64,000 nt of DNA from Lepidodermella squamata (Eukaryota; Animalia; Gastrotricha), in assembly GCA_047495785.1 (NCBI GenBank), contig JBLDXI010000017.1, positions 930,001 to 994,000 on the forward strand. The letters are read 5' to 3'. Shown in pieces: positions 51,524-64,000 of the stretch (positions within the stretch are counted from its first letter, which is position 1; each line of letters begins with the position of its first letter). A model generated the notes under the pieces. It saw nothing but the letters and a program-made list of their open reading frames with translations. It made no database searches and was not told the origin of the DNA. The position numbers and the translations under genes were made by a program.

Positions 51524-53672
51524 TCAATTTTGCCACCAGTTGTGATAATATCCGTCCTGAATATGGCCGAAAAGAGCGGCTAACAGGCGTTCGCAGTGCT
51601 TCGTTTTATCCGGAAGATTCGCCTTGACAGAAATCAGCGAGGTCTCGGGTGTAATTTCGCGTTCCAGATACCCGGAAAGTACTTCAGTAGCACGGCCGAG
51701 ATCGGTCTGGAATGACTCGAACAGGCCTACCGGGTTTGACGGCGTTTGAAAATAGCCGAACATGAACGAATTTTTCAGCGCTTCTCGGGATTTTCTCAAC
51801 ACAACGACAGCTTTGTAAGCAAATGAAATCTGAAAAAATTGAGAATGTTTCATGCAAAAATACGCTAAATTCTATTAAAAAATTACCTCATTTTTTGTAG
51901 CGTTGTTCTCGAGCCAATTTTGAACAGCTGGGCCAATGGCTGTTTCAAGCTTGTTAGAAACACGATGAGCTTCATAACGCTGAATGTAGGTCAATTGGCG
52001 TGAAAGGTCAGCTACAATCTGCGAGTTTTTAGCGGTTAATTGGATAGCGTCGCCAGTGCTGCAGTAGTAGTGATCGGTTTTCAGGCAAATCCAGCAAAAA
52101 TGAGTTTGGCATTTCTAGTAGAAAAAGTAGAAAGAAATTAGAAATGAGAAAAAACTTTATTTTATAGAGTTGATATAATTGATTAACATAGGAATTTTTA
52201 GAGAATTTTAAGAGAATTTTCGAAATTTTACCAATTATTATGTTTGCAAATTTTTGCCTCGAGCTGCCTTTCAGGCGCCAGGCCATTAAGGTAGGGGAGG
52301 GTTGCTCGAGAAGCGCAAAAACTTCGGCTTGGAAAAAGTAAACCAAGCCGAGAATTCAATGCCAATAAAGGCGATTGAAGTTGTTGTTTGAAAGTTGATT
52401 CTTAAATTGACCTTTTCCTCACTGCTTTTGCAACAATTACGCAAAATAGAATGGGGAATCATTAGCATATTCACAAATCGAGTAACAACAATTCTATTGC
52501 GCAGCAAAAAAGCGCATTATCTTAAATCTAAATTGGAGATAAAATACGTTGCCAAAAATGCTTATCTGAGCAAAAAAAATACGAGCAGATAAAATATTTT
52601 TGAGAAAGCCAGGCGAAAAAATTGATTCTGTTTTACCAAAATAAAGAAAGTTCTGCGACAAAACGTGATAGAGAATAACGCATACCTGACAAAACATGTG
52701 ATTACAGCCACCATTCTTCTCGATAGGAACTTGGCATTTAGGGCAAGGTTTCGTGTATTCAACCAGCCACTTCAAGTTACCAATGCGGTCAGGTGATTTC
52801 TGCATAATTTTCGCCCATTTTTCCACCATTTCACACGGAAACGGAAAATGGCCCGGTTTCTGGCAGGCAAAGCAGTATGACGCGCCACACGCTGAGCAAT
52901 TCACGCTTTGAGCAGTGAAATCGGCAACTTTAAGCACTCGATCACAGCCTTCGCCCGGGCACCACGCCATCAACCGGTTTGCCTCGACGAAAGAATTCGC
53001 GATTAAACGAACATAGCGGTGATAAGCTGGCAAAAAGCGATCGGCAGAAGACAGAATGCTCAGAACAATCTCGTCGTCATAGCAACGGGTGCATTTGAAA
53101 CCAGGGCATCGAATAGCAGCACCGACAGCATTTTCCAGGGTTTGAGATTCAAAGTAAGACACGCAGCAATCACGACAAAATGCGTGGCCGCATCTCAACC
53201 GAATCGCCTCGGCGTTTTCAAAATCGCACAAGCAAATTTCGCAGTTGAAATTCGAATAAGGAGGATTTTTTGAGCTCACATCAGCTTTGCGGCGAAATAA
53301 ACCGGGAATCAGGACGGAAACAGGGATGTTCAGTTTGCGTAAAATACCGAGACGTAGCTTGCTATTGAAGTAATCTTCAAATAATTTGGCCTTGTCCCAA
53401 TGAAAATGGCCGAGTAGAAGTCGAGCGTAGACGTGTTCGATGCATAAAACGTCGGCAGTTTCGTCCAAACTGCGGTTCATCAACTCGATAACTTGGCTGC
53501 TGGACAGCGATTCGCATGAGTCGTCGATGGCAGCCGATGAAGAAGATGATGAGTTCGACAACGAGCGAAGAAAAGCTTCATTTTGCGGTGATGGTGACTC
53601 ATCGCTTTGAATCAAATCGAAGTCATCGTCGTCGTACTCATCGTTTAAAAACAGGTCATTGTCAATTTCCAT
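51524..53672 (-). CDS. ARIH1: Ariadne-1-like RBR E3 ubiquitin ligase, 3 exons (53672-52686, 52114-51888, ~51829-51524)
   Basis: Acidic N-terminus, UBA-like RLLLGHFHWDKAKL, RING1, IBR, RING2 TKPCPKCQVPIEKNGGCNHMFCQ|KCQTHFCWIC with catalytic Cys, Ariadne domain ATEVLSGYLERE matching ARIH1; divergent, may be a paralogue. Confidence 0.88.
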
Positions 53673-54328
53673 GGATAATTTTTCAATGAGAAAGCATTAC
53701 TAAAAAACACAGGAAATGTTGAAACACGAGCCTTCATGCAAAACAGCAGGCCTTATCAACATAAAAAAACCAAAAATGATTCATATTAAATTTCTGAATA
53801 ACGTTATGAAAACACAACGACGTTGAGTGATAAGCGGTGAGAGTGGCCATTTTAAACTGCAAATAACCTGGGTAATAATAGCAGCATGCTGCGTAACTTG
53901 TCATTAAATGAGTAAAACTGAATAGGTCACGCCAAACCGCCGATGATTTATTACACTGCCTGTTAGAAAGCCGCCATTCAAAAATAAACGACAACGTGTT
54001 AGCTCTGTCCCGTGTTACGCAATTAAAAAAGCGCTAGTTACACGCAACAATAAAAAAAACTAAAACAAGCTGGTCGCTTTTGCGTAGAATAGAAACAAAT
54101 GGCGAAAAATTAACTTTTTGCAACTCCGCCAAGTCAGTCGCGTGCCATTAGGTGGAACACCAATTTTTCAGCAAATTAAAAAATGCATTAAGCCGCATCG
54201 GTTTCCTTTCTAGGTAACTGCTGTTGTGTCGCTCACCCAAGTCGAATTTTTGTGGCAAAAATGGACAAATTGTTCTATGAACCTCTGAGACCTAGAGTCT
54301 CTGGCCTCATTTTTTTCGTCAATTGATA

Positions 54329-54526
54329 CCGTATTACCGCGCTTTGAGTGTCATGCCACTATAAAGTGAAACATGGTTTTTGACCCTTTTTCAATTTCCT
54401 CGATTATAGTGGCACCTAATGTTTTGCATTGAAATTTAATTTGGCATGCCACTATAAACGGGGCATAGTGACATGCCACTGTAAAACGAGCTATAGTGGC
54501 ATGACACTCAAAGCGCGGTAATACGG
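54329..54526. mobile_element. Tc1/mariner-pogo-type MITE (198 bp)
   Basis: Perfect 35-bp TIR CCGTATTACCGCGCTTTGAGTGTCATGCCACTATA, TA on both flanks. Confidence 0.9.
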
Positions 54527-54644
54527 TACCTTGATCTCGAAACCTCAGCAAGTTGTTATCGTAATACGTTGCTCAAAATCGAACGAAATTTCAGAATTAT
54601 TCCATTTTATTCAGAAAATAAAACATCAGCGATTTCTTTTGTAG

Positions 54645-55212
54645 TTACGCGGTTATAGCCAACCATTTTATCAACCGAGATTTCAGGTTGCGAGCCGCTT
54701 CTTAAACAGAATGAAATGAAAAATTGATGATTCAAAAATATCTGGGTAAAACCTTGCTCAAGTTGCTTGACCAGCGCTTGTTTCCGCAAATCGCGAAGCC
54801 AAACGTAGAATCCGTTACTGCTCGCAATTTGCATGCACATCTGCGGCGTCAGATACTTCGGGCAAAAACTTCGATTTGCCGCCAATTTAGCCGGATCAAT
54901 TTGCCCGACCAGTTTCCTTGCCAGCATGGCGAACAGCGCTTCGTTATTGGATTTCAACGAACTTATTTGCTCTTTGCGTGTTTTTGAAACAATTGTTGGA
55001 GATGAGATTGATGGCGATTTTATAGCAGCAGCAGGTGAGGAATTCGTTCGTGAAACAACCTTCCCGAGGTTGCCGAAATGGTGGCTTCTAGCCGCCGACA
55101 TTGCCATAACGCCGACATTGTTATCATCCGACTGCTGGCATGCGCTGAATTGAATTAAATTCGCGCAAATTACACAACATAGAATATGCAAATGATGAGC
55201 AGGTAAATTCAT
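54645..55212 (-). CDS. Secreted CP-x7-C family protein A (2 exons)
   Basis: Signal peptide; CPKYLTPQMC...FYVWLRDLRKQALVKQLEQ|EAARNLKSRLIKWLAITA*. Confidence 0.8.
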
Positions 55213-55720
55213 TATCGAAAATAAATTAGGCTAGTTCTTTTCCCCCAAATTTTATTACTAGTACGCAGTAATTGCGCGTAATTGATTTTAGTTTGCGTGA
55301 AACATTTTTTCTTATAGACAAAACATGATACAATGCTGACGTAGGCTGTAGGTAATGAACGCTGCTTCCTGTTTTCGATTTTAATTTATAATTCGAGAGT
55401 GAAATAATCTCCTGTGATACGGACTCACTCGCCCACCCAAATCGCTCTCGGCTCTGTTATAATATCAATGCTTTTAACGTGATTTTTACATTGTTTGTCT
55501 ACACTAATTGTCCGTTGTTGAATGAAGTCAAAATTTTGGGAAAAAATGAATTTATTATTCACAATATCATATTAGAAACGTTTTTATCTCCGAAGAGACT
55601 GCGTAGTAAGTAAAAGGAGAAATCGTCATACTTAGAGGTATAACAATCACATCATAGGTGAATTAAGGCATTAAGACGATACAAAAAGGTGTATTACAAC
55701 GGGTTTAGTTTGAAACACTT

Positions 55721-56204
55721 TCAACTTTCAATTAAATTGTCGCCATTAGTCTGCGCAACGTGCCAGTTGATTAGTTTCTTCTCCAAGGCTCGAGCTGTTT
55801 CTGGGGTTAAAAAAGAGAGAATTAGTATTCAAGTTTTTGATCTGGCATAAAGTGGTACCTTCTTCGAGCTGCTTGACAATCGCCTTTTCCCTTAGCTCGC
55901 GAAGCCAAACGTAGAAAGCCGGGTTTTCTTCCATCTTCTGGCACATTTCTTTGGTGAAGCCTTCAGGACAGACCGATTTATTCGCGAAGATTTTCTTCAG
56001 ATCCATCCTCGCGACCATTTTCTTCGAAATCATATCGATCATTTGCCGATTTTTCGCATTCTTGTCGATTTTCAGCAAATAGCCGTCGTCGTTCAACAGT
56101 GGGTCGAAGCCATCAGCAGCTGCTTCCTTAGCTATCGTAGCTAGAGCATGCGAGCTAGCGCAGTAAAAAACCACCATAAGGGCGACTGAAAAAATGACCT
56201 GCAT
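55721..56204 (-). CDS. Secreted CP-x7-C family protein B (2 exons)
   Basis: MQVIFSVALMVVFYCASSHALA signal; CPEGFTKEMC...FYVWLRELREKAIVKQLEE|ETARALEKKL...ES*. Confidence 0.8.
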
Positions 56205-56672
56205 TTTTTTCGTGTAAAAAAGCGAAATTATCAAATGGATGAAATCTGTAAAACTGCCGAAATGCGCAGCGGTCACGCGTAAATTCACGATTTATACACC
56301 CTCGTGTCGCCGGTCCAGAAATGTAAACGCCCACAAAGCGAATTTGAAAAATTTAGCATCCAGCATCAGCATTCTTGATGCGAAAATAATTACACATTAT
56401 TTTATGCGGCGTAGCTATTTTTGTGGGCTCCGAGGGGATTTTTCAAATTAATTCTCACACCTGCGAGATGACGTACTTGAATAGCTACGCAGTTTATTGT
56501 TTCGTGAAAAATTGATAGTGAAAATTAATCAATCAAATAAAATATGGCGTGAGAGTGAAAAATCCCAAAAATACTCCATACAATTTTACGGTTGTTCGAA
56601 CAAAAAAAGTAGTTCGAAAAAAATATGTGAGATTTACTTATTTGACACGCAATCATAATCAATATTGAGAGA

Positions 56673-57187
56673 CTAATTAATCGATTTCAATTTTTCGAAT
56701 TTTGATCTCATGTCTTTTATCATTGTCCTCGCCATTTTCAACTTGATAGCAGTGGCAGCTTCTGCAGAAACAATTTGAAAGGTTAAGAGGTTTATCTTTT
56801 ACAAGTTAACTCACGTTGTTGCATTTGTTCGATCATAGCCCGTTGACGGAGCTGGCGCAGCCAAATGTAAAAAGACGGGTTCGATTTGCCCATCTGGCAC
56901 ATTTGAGGGGTAAGGACTTGAGGGCAAATGTTAAGTTTCAACAGGTGTTTTTGGTCAATTTTCGAGACGTAATCTTTAGCCATGGATTCGACTTGTCGGT
57001 TCAACTCGCCCCGAGCGGCCATATCAGCGTAAAGCTGGTAGTAGATAGATTTCGCATTTTCATACGCTGAAATGGATGAACGAGACGTTTTCCTATCTTG
57101 GGACGGCGACTTCACCATTTGTATTTGTCCCGCAAAGGTAAACGGGCAGAACATTAGTAGACATAGATTTATCTGCAAATACTTCAT
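56673..57187 (-). CDS. Secreted CP-x7-C family protein C (2 exons)
   Basis: MKYLQINLCLLMFCPFTFA signal; CPQVLTPQMC...FYIWLRQLRQRAMIEQMQQ|QAATAIK...IN*. Confidence 0.8.
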
Positions 57188-58014
57188 TGCGAGAAAAAGT
57201 AAGACGATTCAACAGACTGGGAAGCGTACATTTTGCTACTTCAATTTTCAATATGAGTTCGACGAGGAGGTAAAAATTTTCTGATCCTGTCCCCGCAAAC
57301 AAACCTTGCTGCGATGTGAAGGCATGTTGATCACACACTTCTGTCACGCCCAGTTTTATTAATTAGCCTTGGGTGACCCATCACGAACATATCAGTTCTT
57401 ATTCTTAGCCTCGAAATTGCGGGGAGGTGACAGCTAATTTTCACGATTGGTCTACAATCTCAGGGCGAAAAGAACCACGTTAAGTGCAAAAGGCTCGTCT
57501 GTGGAAGCAGACTCATCAATCGATCAGCATAGTTGTCTCATTAGTGTAGAACAGTGTCATTCAGTTGATTTTACTTTAACGGACTACATTCACGTTCCGT
57601 AGGAGTTGTAATATACCTACTCATCTTCTTAATGGAAAAAGTCGAACTGAAACTTTAAAGTTGTCCAAGACCTATTAGGAATAAACGTGCTTTGCTGAAA
57701 CGGTGGACCTTTATTTGAGTTGCAATTGGAGATAATCACGGATTACGGAAATCCATGTTGATACCCGCTACCTGGAATGAGACATGTTTATCCTCGCTGG
57801 CACGTAAAATTTGCCCCCTTGCTATCACCACGTTTTAGGTACTAAATGGAGAAATTGGACACCGACAACATAGGCAACCGACAAATACAAACAAAATTTT
57901 AATTTCTGCGTAAAATTCCGGTGTACAAAAGTTGTTGACAAGATTATCCAGAAACCGAAAGAGCAGTCTCAAACAATATGCCAAAGGGGTTTTCAATTTT
58001 TATCTAAAAATTAA

Positions 58015-58672
58015 TTATCGTATTGGAGCAGTCTTAGCTTTGTTAGTTTTTTGCGAGAGAGATTTGGCCAAGTTAGCGTTGAACGATTCCAGTTGCTTTT
58101 GAACTTTAATAGCCGTTTCTAAAAATATCGGAAAAACGTTAGAATTTTCTTAGTACTTCATCGAGAAAGATCGACTTACCTCTTTCCAATTGCTTGACCA
58201 AGTAACGTTGACGTAGCTCCTTTACCCAGACGAAAAACGCCGAGTTTGAGTCAGCCTGCTGACACATTTCCTTCGTGAAGCCATCAGGGCAGATGTTACT
58301 TGTGAAAAGTCGGGGCAGGTCCATTCGCGAGACAATTTCTTTCGCAATGTCCTCGGCCATTTCCTTGCGATGTTCCTCGGTCTCCATTTGATACCTTGAC
58401 GCTATTTCCAGCCAGTTTTTCTGCTTCTTCGTAAAATTTTGGCCAGCTATCAGTTTAGAGAGTCTGATCGCTATGGGTACTTTGGTTGTGAATAACGCAG
58501 GAATGCGAGTAGGTTTGACGGTAGTCGGGCCATTTTCTGCTTTAGTTCGATTTTTCTGCCTCTGGCTCATCAGTCGTCTGAGCATTGCTTCCGAACTGCT
58601 TGCTTCCACTTTAGTGAACACCATAAAGGTAACCAGGGAGAAGAAGCAGATGAATGTAAGAAACACTTTCAT
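58015..58672 (-). CDS. Secreted CP-x7-C family protein D (2 exons)
   Basis: MKVFLTFICFFSLVTFMVFTKVEA signal; CPDGFTKEMC...FFVWVKELRQRYLVKQLER|ETAIKVQK...IR*. Confidence 0.8.
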
Positions 58673-60479
58673 TTTAAAATGTAAATATTAATCGTGCAGA
58701 TCAACTGCCTAAAAAAAAGGAACGAATGAGAGGTATTGTTGTAAGAACTTAATTCCTTCCGACTCGCAGATATTAGGCTTCAATTTGCAACTTTTTCGCA
58801 CTATGCGCGACGTAATCGGGCAATCGGCAGCACTGAAATCGAGCCCGTAAAAGCCGCCAGCGGGCAACACGCGTAAGCCTACCCCTTCCTGTAGCCTGAC
58901 AGCACGACAACGTGACAACAGCGGCCTGCGTGCTTAGGTGGCGCGATAATTTCCTAATAACGACTACATCCTACATCGTGATTGGCGCATTTCGTGTCTG
59001 CCCATCATATGTTCGCCGGTCAGATGACCTGAAACTATACCGAAAACGTGGGCTCAGATTTGATTGCTTCTGTCATGTATTTTTGGCGTGAACATTTAAA
59101 AATAGCTTTGGCAGTTGGCGCAATCAAAATTGAGTGTCTCATTTCACGCAGACGCTCAGACAATTTCAAGTAATACAAATTAGAAGATCCCGGCGAGCCA
59201 AAAGTCCGGTCAAGTAGGTCATAAGTTTCTCCGATTGGCCAACTCTATACACGTTAATGGACGATGGGCGATCAAGAGATATCGAGCATATTATGTTGAT
59301 ATTATGAATTGAAGCCATTACACCCGCGCAGTGAATAGTGGGAGCTTACATTTTGAAACCCGATGGAAGCTTTCAGCTTCGATAGGAATTAGAACATGAC
59401 CTAGAAGCCGATAAAGCGTCGCATGTAATGCATTTTCTACTCAGCGGGGAAATGATTGTAAAAGCCCGTTGGCAATGGATTAGATTGTGAGCATATTAGA
59501 ACATCATAGCGTAGCATTGATGTTCAACTTGTTTACGGAGTTTCCGCAGTTTCAAAAGTGCAATTCTAGTAAAATAAAAAAGCTACGAATGGGATATGGA
59601 AAATAATACAATAAATCCGCCGGCCGCCTGACGGGATGTGTATTAACTCACGTCAAGCGAACCGATTGTCGGAGGAGGAGGGTTGTCGCGATCGTAAAAT
59701 TTATTCCAAAATAACCCATGGATGAAGTCATAATTGCATCATCACTCGAAATAGCTAAAGAAATTTTGCTGATCTATCCTGGGCTAGGAAGCGTAGGCCC
59801 GCTCTATTTTAAGACAAAAAGTTAACGTTATTGTCCACCTCAAATAATGGACGAAATCGAGGTTTAATTAATGTTTTGGTGGCCGCATCTGGCTATAGCC
59901 GATCTGGGCAATGTTTATATACCATCTGCACTGTCAAGGAGAAGTTGTTTTCGTACATTTTTCCACGCCTCAATTAATTTATTCGCTGCGAAGTTATTCC
60001 CCAAGAGTGAAGCAAAACTCCGCAAATAGGTATTTCGAAAGCAATGTAAGTTGCATGGGCGTTAAATCTATATGCCTAGATTCTTCCGTTATTATTCATG
60101 TCCAGCTTGCGGTTTCATACAGCTTTAAACCCAAAAGTCCGAAAAATGCGTGGGTTTTTACATTTAAAGGCTCCAGTCACCAAAAACTGTCAGGTGATGC
60201 ATATGGCCAGACTATAAAAAAAACACGGTCACGAGATACTTAATTTCCAAGGGAACATCTCCGTCTAAAAAATCCATTTGGTAATGTTTGTTCCGTTTAT
60301 TGTTTATTAATTGAAAAAATCACTCTGCTGTTGGAAATGTATTAGGTAAAAAGATAAGATTTATCTGAGTAATACACGGATTGCACTGATTTGTTAACAT
60401 CAGGACTAGAGGTGATACTAGTTGAATAAAGGGGGGACTATAAGACGAAACCAGTATACGATTGTTCGTTAAAAAACTG

Positions 60480-60982
60480 TTATGGCTTCGCATCCAACTG
60501 TTGAGTTCCGCCGCCAAATTGCATAGTTAGGATCTTCTTTTCCAGATTTCTCGCAGTTTCTAAACATTGAACTTTTGCAGTTGAAAATTCCTTTTTGAGA
60601 AACGAGTGTTACCTTCTTCAAGCTGCTTAACAATAGCCTTCTGCCGGGCCTCCTTCAGCCAAATATTAAAATTGCTATTTGACCTAGCCTGTCGGCACAT
60701 TTCAGGTGTCATGGCATTAGGGCACATGTCAGAATCGAAAATTTTCGCCAAGTCCATACGCGCGACCATTTGCTTCGCAATCAAGTTGACCATAGTTTTA
60801 GCGCGGTTCTCTTGGTTGTCATATGAGCCGATCAGCTGATTTCCGACTTGCCGAACGTTGTTCATTGATACCGGCGGTGCTTTCGTCTTTGTACCATCAC
60901 GCCTGACTTTTATTGACGAAGCTAGAGCAACGCACAGCGATAAGACAAAAACAGCCCAGCTTATAGATTGCGTTACGTTCAT
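60480..60982 (-). CDS. Secreted CP-x7-C family protein E (2 exons)
   Basis: MNVTQSISWAVFVLSLCVALASS signal; CPNAMTPEMC...FNIWLKEARQKAIVKQLEE|ETARNLEKK...KP*. Confidence 0.8.
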
Positions 60983-62208
60983 GACTTTTCGTTTTAATAT
61001 CTAAAGCAAGAATCATTTGTTTTATTATGGCGCAGGTAAAAAGGGAAGGTCATTCATAAGTCCACCCACAGTATTGACTTCGAGACAGACAACGTTGAGG
61101 GGGTTATTAGAGTGGGCGCATAGTGTTAGAGTGGGGCTCATGGCTTCAGAGACAACGGCTATACTGGAATTGAATTCGAAAACACGGGTGAGGAAATTAC
61201 ATGAGACGCGACAAAACTTGTTAAATCATTGATTTTCCAGCTCGGTGAGTTTGAGTCATACACAGAATTATAGCAATTTGTAAGGATATGAACAATTTTG
61301 GAATCAGACATGAGAAACATATCCCGCAATAAAACGTGTGAGCCATCGATTTCCAACATGACAGAGCCGGCATAGATGGCTATCAAGGTGTGGAGGATTC
61401 TGCTCGTATTGCATTCTCCCCATGACCCCATTTTTACGCACAAGAATAGCATGCTTATCGAAAAATGGCCCAAGAAAGGGGGTAGAATATTCGTAAAAAA
61501 AAGAGAGCGAAAAGAGATTACGGGAATATGCCAACGTCCCTTAGCGCTAATGACGCAAAGGCAACAGGGTCAACGCCCATCTCTCGTGATTTATTACTAT
61601 CGATTTCACAAGAGCAAAAAAGACGCACAAATGCGCTGTCGACTAACAATTCTACAGGGATCTCTGCCGAATGTTCAGTCATGTTTCAGACGAAAAATCT
61701 GCTATCTATAATTTGGTGTTGTTGCGAGTTTATTCAAGCGAGCAAGTGAGATAAAATTGGCGATATGTCTGAGTCATCCTTATTATTCATTACCTATATT
61801 GACCTGAGATATTCATGCCGCAAAGTCCACCTCGCTGAAATTTGATCGTCCAGCGTTATTTTTGCATGGTACACGTGGGCAATCTTCTAAATGAGTTTTG
61901 TGGTTGCTGAGCTTGGGACGCACCGGGTGCCAAAGTGACAGAAGTCACGATCGGTTAGTAAGCTTCACGGATTTTAAGTTGTCCGTATTTGATTGTTCAC
62001 TTATAGGGAAGTGGCATCCTATATCCTATCACGCTGAGATACAAAATATTTACGCAAAGCAAAAACCAAAGTTGTATAAAATGATAATCCTAATTAGTGG
62101 AAGGGATGTTTATGGTGAAGTTGATAAATTTGGGACATCAACTCGATTCAGTTCCTACTCTTCAAAATGTCCCTGAGAAGGCTTGTTTGTAAACATAATG
62201 ACCGCAAG

Positions 62209-62829
62209 TTAGTTTTCGATTTCCTTAGTGAATCTGGCTAGTATTTGAGCCACTCTTGCTGGCCGAAAATCTGGCGATGAGAGGAACCTTCGCTCTAGAA
62301 TTTGCGCGGTTTCTTAAGAGAAAAAACAGAAGATTTATCAACCAGGTACTTGAATGTTGTATATACCTTCTTCCAGCTGTTTCACGAAAGCTTGCTTGCG
62401 TAGATTTCGAGTCCAAATGTAGAAAGCAGCGCCTTTTTGAACCTGCCTGCATTGATCTTCGTCGAAATCTATCGGGCAAGCCGCAGATGCGAAAAGGTTC
62501 GGCAGATCCATTTTTGCTACAATAGACTTGGCAATAACTTTTATCAGTTCACGAATCTCGGCCAGCATTTTTTGCCGGTTTGAGTTGTAAGACGAAAACA
62601 CAGCAGGGCGGTTGACCGAGTTTCTGCCTGATGTTTGCGGCGGCAGTGTATGATCCTGTAACTCATCTTCGAGAGCGTCTGGGATTGCTTTCGAAATTGC
62701 AGCGTCGATTTTCGTGCGGAATTGTTTCCCGAATGTCAGTCGTGCTTCAACCGAACTTTCAAGAGCCGGAAATTCGCTGCAGGTCACGCACGCAAATGTC
62801 GTGACTATTGCTATGATTGCTGCGAACAT
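62209..62829 (-). CDS. Secreted CP-x7-C family protein F (>=2 exons; possible extra 5' exon via acceptor near 62858)
   Basis: MFAAIIAIVTTFACVTCS signal; CPIDFDEDQC...FYIWTRNLRKQAFVKQLEE|ETAQILERR...EN*. Confidence 0.78.
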
Positions 62830-64000
62830 TATGAGGGTCAATGTCCCTATTAATCCCTACGAAAAAAAGTTAAATATAAATAATAATAAACTAGACCCAA
62901 TGCGGGTTGATAGGAAATGAGTGGGGCAGTAAATTACAATAAATAATTCAGCTATCATCATTCAGCCGGGAACTCTTGAGGTTATACCCAATTTCCGTCC
63001 CATGTAAGCGACGGGGAACCTAAAAGTCCTGGTGAATGTGTGCCATCTATTCTAAATGTTTTGTTTGCTAACCGCGATTCTTCATCAAGCATTGAAGCTT
63101 TCCACTTCATTTAACTCAGATAATTGGCACAATTTTGTTGCGGAAATCGAATTTTACTTGTTATTAATTTGGATAATTTAGGGTGTGCTGGGTTAGTCTT
63201 TGAAAGTTTCTAAATTATCTATAACACGAAAAGGGTAAATATTTTCTAAAAATTAGATATATCTTATCGTCAGAAATTGTGTTTTTTTCTCAGAAAGGCT
63301 ATTTTTGTCATCGAACAAATTTGTTCAGCGGAAATGCATTTTTTGTCATGTTTTCAGGAAAAAGGTAATCGAATAATCATGCAGCTTCCTCGCAAATTTG
63401 CCGCTAATTTTGATGTGGGCGGGTATAAGATTTACTGAGGACTGCAAGGAAGGTGCTATCTCCAGCTGTTCCTAAGATCTTATAAGACCTATCAACACCT
63501 TTCACGAGTCCATCGAAAAATTTCGCAAGATCACGGACTCAATTGACTTAATTCTTCCGATAAAATGTCCGAAACTAGTTGAGGGAGAAATTTTTCATAA
63601 ATTTCGTCCTTCACATTTTATGAGGCTATTGAGGTTGGCTGATCTTCCTGTTTCCCAAAGTTTCAATAACATCGAAAGCATCTCCCATTTTTAAGAAGGA
63701 TAAACACATGCATAGGCTTAAAACTTGGGAATTTTTTGATATAAGTATAGGAGAAAAGCTGGCCAATAGTCATAAAAAAATGGATACGCCATGTTTCCTC
63801 GGATTTCCTAATCTCGCAAATTTTGAACGATGGCGGGAGCTCTCAATAGCCGTAAAAAAACGCACAAAATTATTGCTAGTAAGAGACAATGTACCTATAT
63901 AAATCTCAAAAACCAACCTGAGCAACAACATTGTCCTTTCGTGGCAGGAAATAGCGTTTGAGGATATTGAATTTTTAGCCGCGACATACCGTTAAAGACG

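Noticed and set aside
52286-52507. Apparent alternative RING2 exon (NCCYSIC...) in the ARIH1-like intron
   Set aside because: Lacks the final Zn ligand and hits stops; the exon at 52114 gives canonical KCQTHFCWIC
54645-62829. Secreted family as conotoxin-like or Ly6-like ligands of the adjacent channels, or as neuropeptide precursors
   Set aside because: Only two Cys in the conserved domain, no repeated dibasic/amidation cassettes, no LU-domain pattern; adjacency alone is not evidence

Overview
Eukaryotic (animal) genomic DNA from a compact, AT-rich genome with GT-AG introns, mostly 45-60 nt. I cannot assign the taxon. Left block (1-13 kb) is gene-dense: a partial orphan ORF with an ankyrin-like motif, a membrane-tethered CREB3-type bZIP, PDPR, PISD and a divergent TRPC-type channel. 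Middle block (13.5-49 kb) is a tandem array of four minus-strand Cys-loop channel subunits built on a nicotinic-receptor scaffold. All four have an anion-type PGR filter, no ACh-site hallmarks, GABA/Gly-receptor-like charged residues in loops B and D, and an extra predicted disulfide. The array is interrupted by a fucosyltransferase-like gene and many MITEs. Hidden antisense inside large introns of channels 3 and 4 are three copies of a 47-63 aa micropeptide ORF (core WFxKLxECxIELEVRYKTR) whose core differences are largely synonymous; two of them are below the ORF-track cutoff. Right block: an ARIH1-like RBR E3 ligase and a tandem array of six secreted paralogues of an unrecognised family with a CP-x7-C motif and a shared phase-1 intron. 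Gene models were spliced by hand, so boundaries may be off by a few nt.
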